DNA of 64,000 bases from the human T2T-CHM13v2.0 reference genome, Homo sapiens. Of the stretch, positions 56,176 through 64,000 are shown one piece after another; positions within the stretch are counted from its first letter, which is position 1, and the number at the start of each line of letters is the position of its first letter. The DNA lies in the NCBI RefSeq assembly GCF_009914755.1, contig NC_060930.1; one strand, given 5' to 3'. A model generated the notes under the pieces. The model ran no database searches, was not told the DNA's origin, and saw only the letters and a list, made by a program, of their open reading frames with translations. The translations under genes were made by a program, and so were the position numbers.

Positions 56176-58904
56176 AGAAAGAGCACTTCAATACCCAACC
56201 AGGCAAAGAACCCTCACTCACTGTGGTTATCTAGGAAGTGACTGGCAGAGCCTGCTATCATGCCATGGTGGAGAATGGGAAGAGGTCCTTCAGGTAGGCA
56301 CAAAACTTTGCCTGAAACGGAGGCTAACAGATGAGAACACACCTAGCACACCAAGGCCTTTGACTTGTTCACAGAGTGACTCTACAGGTGGCAGGGCTGA
56401 GTGACCACACCTCTGATGGCATTGTGGCAGAAATGGATTTTTGTTTAGACTTTCAAAGGAGAACTTGGTCTCCACTTTCTGTTCAGTTATACAAACACTT
56501 ACGTAGCCCAGTTCTGGACACTGTGCTGGGCACTTTGTGAAGGAAGATGGATCACACAGGCCCCTGCCTGGAAGGGTTTAATGTTTACACAAACCTTCTC
56601 TTTTTCCCTCTGTGCTACCCCCCACTTCCCAAAATACACACACGTCTTCCACTCTTAGATTACTTGTACATTTCACTAAACGAATTTCTCTGTCCTGTGA
56701 TATCATTAGCAGAAGCATGACTTCCATTATGGGTCCCTTTTCATTGAACTTCATCTGATTGAATTTTAGACTCTAAACTTTTCACAGAAGTAGAATATTC
56801 ATGATCTTTAAGTATACACACATTTAATAGGCTTTCATTGTCATAGATTTAACCTCTTTAGAGAAGATTCAAAGCCAAATTGTGAGGTTTTCCTCAGGGT
56901 CTGGCTTGGAGCTTCTTTTTATAGGTGTTCTGGAAAGAGTATGGGATTCCTGGAAGAGGCCGTGGGTGCTGTGAGCAAATAGCTGTTCTTAAATCTCACT
57001 TTCCTTATCTGTAAGATGGTGATGATATCAGCTTTCCTACCTCACTGGGTTAGTACACTAATTTGAAAAGTTACTCATATGAAAGTGCTGTAAACGACAA
57101 AGAATAATACGACCCGAGGATATTAATGTCTATCCTTCCCTGCACCCAAACCCCCACTCTCTTTTCTTCTTGCAGGGAGGGGAGAGGGTTTTGCTCTTAT
57201 TCATCCAATGAATATATTCCTGAGCGTTCTTCCTAATTAAGGACTTAAATAAGAACACAGTCAAGCTTTCAGTAGCAGACTCCCTCTTTTTGCTGTCAGA
57301 AGTTCTCACGTTGCAGCAACAGGCAGCTGGGCCAGAGAGGACCTGCACAAACGATAGAAGGCTGTTGGGAAGACCTAATAAAAACCAGTCAACTAAAATT
57401 AAACCATTAAAAGAAACAAGTAACCATAGCAGTAACTTTTGGAGAGTAGACCAGCTTTCTTGGCTCTGAGGCTTATTCTCTCATGCGGGATCCTTCCCGT
57501 TAAGGAATCCCAGGCACCAGCAAGTAAGGTGTGATGTGAATGGGAATACTGGCTTTAACTCTGGCTGGCTGCCCCAGCTGCCCATTTTAAAGCAGATCTT
57601 GAGTTCACCCACCTTCAATATTCCCTCTATGGATACCCTCTGAGGATTCTAATAGAGGGGAGAATCCTCAACCTATGGATGATTTGAGGCTAAACAGACT
57701 AGTAACTATTGTTCCCCTCCTATCTAAACATATTCAAAAAGTTATCTGCATTTCTGAAGAAATAGAGAAGCAGAAATGAGGAGTGAAGGAAAGTTTCTCA
57801 AAATCCTGATCCCGTTATTTATTCCTCCATTTCCTCTTTCATCCCCGAAGTATAACTTTTGGCCTAGGAAGGCAACCTATTGCCTTGGGCAGGATGCCCT
57901 TAGCTTTGTCTCTTTCTGTATCCCAGTTCTAATGACATAGCCAAGTTATCCTCTGATTGATGCCTGTCAACTTGCTAGACTGAAAGTTCCATGAGGTCAG
58001 AAGCTGTGTCACTATATCCACAGTGCCTAGTACAACACCCAACAGGGAGCAAACTCAATAAATAAGTATGATGTAAATGCAACATCAAGCTCGGGCTAGT
58101 TAATTTCCTTCCTTCCCTTTCTGCAATTCTACAGTTTCTTAAAACACACATGTGAGACTTGCCTATTTAAAGCAGAACTATTTCTGTCATGGGGCTACAT
58201 ATGCGGGAAGCTGGCCATTCTGTGGGGCTGACGGGTGGCTGCAGATGCATCAGCTATGACTGACAGAGCTAGTTTAACAGGGAGCACAGGGCAACACCTC
58301 AGATTCAAAAACTGGGTCTGATGCCAACTTCCTTCCTCTCCTACATGGACCTTCATCACTTGTCTAGTGGAGATAATAACCAACTTCACTATTTTTTCCC
58401 CCCAGGCCTGGGTCTCTGGATGAGAACACAGCCTATGGTGAACTGCAACGAACTAGAAAGAGTATTCTTTTATTGAGGCAAAGAGTTGGGTTGTGAGAAT
58501 CTTAAGTTGTTAAGCCTAATACTGGTTGGGAAGCCCAAGAGGAAACATAAGATGTCCTTTTTATACTGTAGACCCTATGGAATGCCTAAGTAAATAAATC
58601 ATCAGTTTGTTTCCAGATTCATCTGTTATAAGGAGAAAAAAGATATTTTATCTTCATGTTATTTATGTGCTAATGTAGAGAGTGGGCTGAATATGAGGAC
58701 AATGGGTATCACGCAGATACTTCTTCACAGACAGTATGTAAGATGACAGCTCCTCATTCCCACCAAGCATCTAAGTTTAGGAAGAGTAGAAAAATAGTGA
58801 AATGGGGAATCATTTAAGGGCAATTTGCAAATAAAAATAAAATTCTTATAAATCTATATTAAGGTAACTAACTTTAAAAGTATCTGTGAAAGGCATTGCT
58901 AATT

Positions 58905-59372
58905 ATGGATGACACCCTGCATCAATTCTTCCTTTGAGTAATAGGACCCTCACCTCAAGTTTTACCAGGGAACACAGCTGCTCATCTAGAGACTACATTT
59001 TCCAGCCTCCTTTGCAGTTAGGTATTACCATAGTACTAAGTTTGTGCCACTGAAATGCAAGTGGAAGTGACACATGAAACTTCTCAATCTCCTTGTTAAA
59101 GATTGTCCTCTACTTCATGTTTTTCATTCCCCAAGGTTGGGAAATAGAGACAAGTGAAGCAGCCAACTTGGACCCGCAAGTGGGACCAAGTATGGAGCAT
59201 GGCAGGGCTTGCTTCCAGGATCCCTGAATGACACTGTGGGGCAAAGCTACCGACCCTCCATGGACTGCCAGCTACCTCTGAACAGTGATGCAGAAAAAAA
59301 AAAATGCATCTTAGGTAAGGTGCTGCATCTGTAGGTGTCTTTCTGCAGTGACTCAGCCTGTGCCCCAATACA
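58905..59372 (+). mobile_element. Old MaLR LTR (MLT1J/K-like)
   Basis: agactacattttccagcctcctttgcagttagg...gaaatgcaagtggaagtga. Confidence 0.6.
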
Positions 59373-61865
59373 GGATTTTATCCATTTGGTACTCTAAGAA
59401 TATGCAGGAAAAACATAGAAAATCATGAACTAATGTAAATTAGAAAATAAATCCTAATTTTGTAGGTGGAATCAACAACTGCTATATCTTGTGTATTAAA
59501 CAATAAACAACATCATAAAACAGGGATGAGATATTAAATGATGAGAAAAAGAGAATACAGAAAACATAATTGGGATGAAATTTGCAGGAGGCCACTTTGT
59601 CTATTCTTAGTTTATTGTTCTGTTCAGTGATAAATGGAAGCCTGCAGCATTTGAACTTTATTTGAACTCTTTCTCCCTCTCTCAAAATAGTCATAGTCAC
59701 CCTTATATTTTCAATGAATTATTGTTCCAGGATAATCTTAAATATCAGTAAATCATTGTGCCTAAAATCATAAAGAAAAATAAACCAAATGGAACAAAGT
59801 CTATCTTGAAAATTCAGAAAAAGCATAGAAGGAAATGAATCATTAGAACAGTATTAATATGGTGCTGTCAAGTTAATTGGTACTAGCCAAAGATATATGA
59901 CTAAAACCGTGAAGACGGAAGCCTGAAAGAATTATATTTCCTACAGTCAACTTATGTACACAGAAATATAGTAGCAAGATCAGGATAATAGGATTTAAGT
60001 AAAATGACTTTGAGGAAATTACAACATTTATTGGTAGAATTTGGAAGTCTAATTGAAACTCATGGGAAATAGTAAAATTGATACTACACTCACTCCTCAC
60101 AATCCCTGACATGAAAGCTCATGGGTCAATACAGCCAGGACTGGCCCACAAAGTGCAGCCCATTACCAGCAGGCCAGTCATGACCTTCACCTAATAGGTA
60201 AGCCACAGTTTCATGAGCAGCAGGAGTTAAAAGTTTAGAAGCAAAGAGTACTTTGCCAAGGTCTAGGAAAGGGTAGAAGAGGACAAGGGGAAGCTTCCGT
60301 GATGAAATAAGAAATTTAATCACTGTGTTTCTAAGAGGTCTTTTATTTATATCTTAAAAACTCAACCACAGAGTCAGGGGGAAAAAAAGCTGAATCCAGC
60401 TGAACTGAAAGAATTTAAATGTTAATTCGCCAGTGTTTTTTTTTTTTTTTCCACTGGTGTTATTTTTGCTTTTTAAATGAAAGCAAGAAGAGTGAGAGGA
60501 AGGGAAAGACAGGTAGGGGGAAGTGAGGAGAAGGTATGATGCTGAGTGACAAGTGTGTGAAGGGAGGCAGCTGTGGAGTGCCACCGAGTCCCAGCGGTGG
60601 GAACCAAGTTTGCCTACAATGCTAGTGGAATCAGGTGACTTCACCCTCAGGGATTTCCCCCTCCAGGCACTGCAGGGCTTTGATTGGAAGCTCAGAGTGG
60701 AGAGTGCTTTAGGAAGGAAAGCAAATGATCATTTAGTGTCTTTTTCTTCCTAACAACAACAACAACAAAATTCATAGAAATATGCCCCTTACATTCTTTT
60801 TTTTTTTTTCCCCACAGACAAGATCACCCTTACTTAGGACAAAACATTTCCTAATCACAAACATTCTGTGATTCTGCAGCCTAACTTGGCTAGGACTTCT
60901 CTCATCAATGTTTTCTAAGGATACACCTGCCCCTGAAATGCAGTTTTTGTGGTGCCCTATGCATACCTAAGAAGGAACCCATAGTATAAAGTGGCACATG
61001 TACTTTCTTGATCCATAGGGAAAGTACGTGGAATTTGAGGTGGTAAATGATGTTTTAAGCAGACAGAACAGCACTGGCGAAGATACAGAGACATGAATGT
61101 GCAGACAGTATTCGGCAACCAGCACAAGTAGCTCAGCTTTTTCCAGTAGTTTACTGATGCCTAAAATTTCTTACATTCTGCAATTGGAATTAAAAGCCTT
61201 AAAATGCAGATACCCCTTGAAATTGCCTGCTCAGCAAACTTCTTACACTAAATTGTAATTAGTCAGTGGGGCAACTGGTGTAACACCAACCTCAGTTCTT
61301 TCTTGTTCAACAGAGAGAGGATACAATGACAGTGCTTGGAAAGCTACCTAGAGGGAAGGGTGTGACAATTGATAAAACTTAGCTAACTCTACTTGAGAGA
61401 TTAGTTGGCCCCCAAATTAAGCAAGTGGATCCAGTAGATTATAGGCAAGCAATTATTATTTCAACTTTTTAAAAGACAAATGTGTTTAAAAAGTGAAGGT
61501 TGGCTTCCCAATATAATTAGTAGATTTGGGGATATTCTTATTATGCTATCCTTTTGCCATATTCTTGGGAGTTGATTTGTTTTTTTTTTTTTGTTTTTTT
61601 TTTTTGGTGGGGGGGTTGCCCTAAATTGCACAGCAAAATTTTTCCAATTTCCCTTTTAGAGCTTAATTATTTTAATGTTAGCATATAATTGAACCTCAAA
61701 TGATCTGCTGAGATTATACAGAAGCATTCTTAAATGTGAAATTACACAGAAGCATTCTTAGGTAATAGAAAAATTTATTTTTCCAAATTAACATGTTTCC
61801 TTCTTGTCAAGTAAACTTTTAGATTTATTGACCATCCATCCACTTATCCATTGATCCTGCCATTC

Positions 61866-62401
61866 TTTTATTTTTATTTATTTATTTTTTTATTATACTT
61901 TAAGTTCTGGGATACATGTGCAGAACGTGCAGGTTTGTTACATAGGTATACATGTGCCATGGTGGTTTGCTGCACACATCAACCCGTCATCTACATTAGG
62001 TATTTCTCCTAACGCTATCCCTCCCCTAGCCCTCCACCCCCACGACAGGCCTTGGTGTGTGATGTTCCCCTCCCTGTGTCCATGTGTTCTCATTGTTCAA
62101 CTCCCACTTATGAGTGAGAACATGCAGTGTTTGGTTTTCTGTTCCCATGTTAGTTTGCTTGGAATGATGGTTTCCAGCTTCATCCATGTCCCTGCAAAAG
62201 TTATGAACTCATCCTTTTTTAATGGTTGTATAGTATTCCATGGTGTATGTGTACCACATTTTCTTTATCCAGTCTATCACTGATAGGCATTTGGGTTGGT
62301 TCCAAGTCTTTGCTATTGTGAATAGTGCTGCAATAAACATACGTGTGCATGTGTCTTTATAGTAGAATGATTTATAATCCTTTGGATATATACCTAGTAA
62401 T
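61866..62401 (-). mobile_element. L1PA (PA7-like) 5'-truncated 3' end, sense to RCAN2
   Basis: T tail plus ttattatactttaagttctgggatacatgtgcagaacgtgcagg; ORF 62209-62412 gives the ORF2 C-terminal peptide (GIYPKDYKS...CTRMFIAALFTIAKTWNQPKC). Confidence 0.95.
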
Positions 62402-62779
62402 ATTCTTAGCATCTTACTGTGTTTTCCTTGGAATTAAGCTGAAAAAACTACATGCTATGATAACTGACCTTATGAATTTATAATTTCTACTTCTTTGTGC
62501 ATAATAATAAATATTTTTGGAGATTATCAAATTCATGCCAAAGAATTATTTTTCTACAACTTCATGGGTGGGTATAGACATTAGCTATATGGTAGCCACA
62601 CACTTTATATATAGAAGCTTTAATAGATTAGCAAAAATACTAGAGAGCTCTTTCTACTTGTACATATGAAGGACCAGAACATATTATAATATTCAAATAA
62701 GAAATTCAAATTGGGATAAACTTCCAAGGGCAAATGCAGTTATTTTTAGCTGAAGAATGACAGCTTCATTCCTTCTTCC

Positions 62780-63290
62780 CTCTTTATTGAGTATCTACCA
62801 TCTGCTGGCTATTAGGCCCTGGGGAAGCAGAAACAAAAAACCTGCCCTTTTTATGAGGAAAGACAATACAGTGTGGTGAGGGGTATGAGAAAGGCTTGCT
62901 CAGGTAAGAGCACAGAAAGGGCTAGATAATTTAGGCTAATAGGTCAAAAGTAGCTTCCTCACAAGGGAGGTAACTCTTGAGTGATTTTGAAAGTGAGCAG
63001 GAGTTGGCTAGGCAAAACAGAGGTCAGGTGGAGAATAGTAATTTGAGTAGAAAATAGAGCATGTTGCAAAAGCATGAGGCATAAAGAACAAATACTTTTT
63101 TTTTGAGAATTGGAAAGACTTCAGAATAGCCTGTACTGTATTTATGTGCATCTTGGAGCAGCAAAGTCAGGTAGTCAAGGGCGTGATGATTGGGGCACCG
63201 TGTGCCAAGCTAAGGCATTTCAACCTCATCCTGAGAGTTATAGGGAATGATACAGGATTTTGACAAGGCTTGAATTTCAGAATGACTACT
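62780..63290 (-). mobile_element. L2 fragment
   Basis: tttattgagtatctac...gcatgttgcaaaagcatgaggc, reverse L2-like. Confidence 0.55.
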
Positions 63291-63369
63291 CTGTCATACA
63301 AACTAATAATAACAGAATAACCGAAACCTTAACATAAAGACAAACCGACAACATGCATAGATGATTCAC

Positions 63370-63990
63370 GGAATTTAAAAATAGCAAGTAAACATGAAAA
63401 CATGCTCAACTTCACTTAGAAATTTAATTATTCATTTATTGAATCAGAAAACATATAATTTAAATGTGAACATTCAATTCTAGTTAGTGTGAGACATCCA
63501 ATCTCATGCATTACAAAGGGAATAATTTGTTATCTCTTTTCTGGAAAGCAATTGGTAAAGTATATCAAAAAATTCAAAAATACTCATATTATTTAACCAA
63601 ATAATTTCATTTCTAGTAATTGATCTCAAGGAAATAATGAGAGGAAAGAGTTAAAGATTTAAGCACAATTTTTTTTAAATGAACAAACTAAATGTTCAAC
63701 AATAGAGAAGTGGTTAAATTATGGTTCATCCATTTCATTTTCTAGACTATAGTGTGGTCATTAAAATCATATTTTAAGATAACTTTTAATGATATGGGAT
63801 AATGCCTTATGTGTTGTGTGAAGAAATCAAGCAATAAAGTGATATATGGAGCATGATCCCAATGATGATTAGAAAAACTATTCATGCATTTCTTTTAAAG
63901 CTGGAAGGAAATGTACCAGTATGCTTACCACGGTTATATATTTGCTTTAAGATAATGAAAACTTTTTGTTATGTGTCCAACGCATTGTCC
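63370..63990 (+). mobile_element. Old L1 (L1ME-like) fragment
   Basis: aaacatgctcaacttcact...ctggaaagcaattgg...aactaaatgttcaacaatagagaagtggttaaattatgg. Confidence 0.65.
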
Positions 63991-64000
63991 AAGGCTTAAG

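Noticed and set aside
61719-61758. GAAgcaTTC as a heat-shock element
   Set aside because: The spacer is 3 nt rather than the 2 nt of nGAAnnTTCn.
61918-62412. L1-derived ORFs
   Set aside because: One is an ORF2 C-terminal remnant and the other an antisense frame of a 0.5-kb truncated, inactive L1.

Overview
This is primate, very probably human, genomic DNA lying entirely inside the RCAN2 gene (regulator of calcineurin 2, ZAKI-4/DSCR1L1; 6p12.3 from prior knowledge), which is transcribed on the minus strand. Two internal coding exons are visible. 18023-17850 (174 nt) encodes [10 protein letters not shown]...LKLYFAQ, part of the RRM-like domain. 16046-15875 (172 nt) encodes VQTPET...[12 protein letters not shown]...AKLGP/G and is missed by the ORF track. 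The first exons and the terminal exon lie outside the window. The rest is intron: about 15 Alus, MaLR/ERV solo LTRs, hAT and Tigger DNA transposons, L1/L2/MIR fragments and microsatellites. I see no new protein-coding system; nearly all ORF-track entries are repeat-derived or chance frames. Best leads: (1) an exact 16-nt duplicate of the exon acceptor 64 nt upstream, whose use gives an immediate stop; (2) a short old L1 with an apparent 3' transduction (54.8-55.0 kb); (3) inverted Alus bracketing the two exons, predicting a 346-nt circRNA; (4) a 99-nt candidate poison exon at 29913-29815; (5) motif-dense candidate enhancers (MEF2/ERR/E-box/GATA, full CRE, perfect ARE, MEIS/homeodomain blocks). 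Repeat subfamily names come from my recall of consensus sequences, and boundaries of old repeats are approximate.
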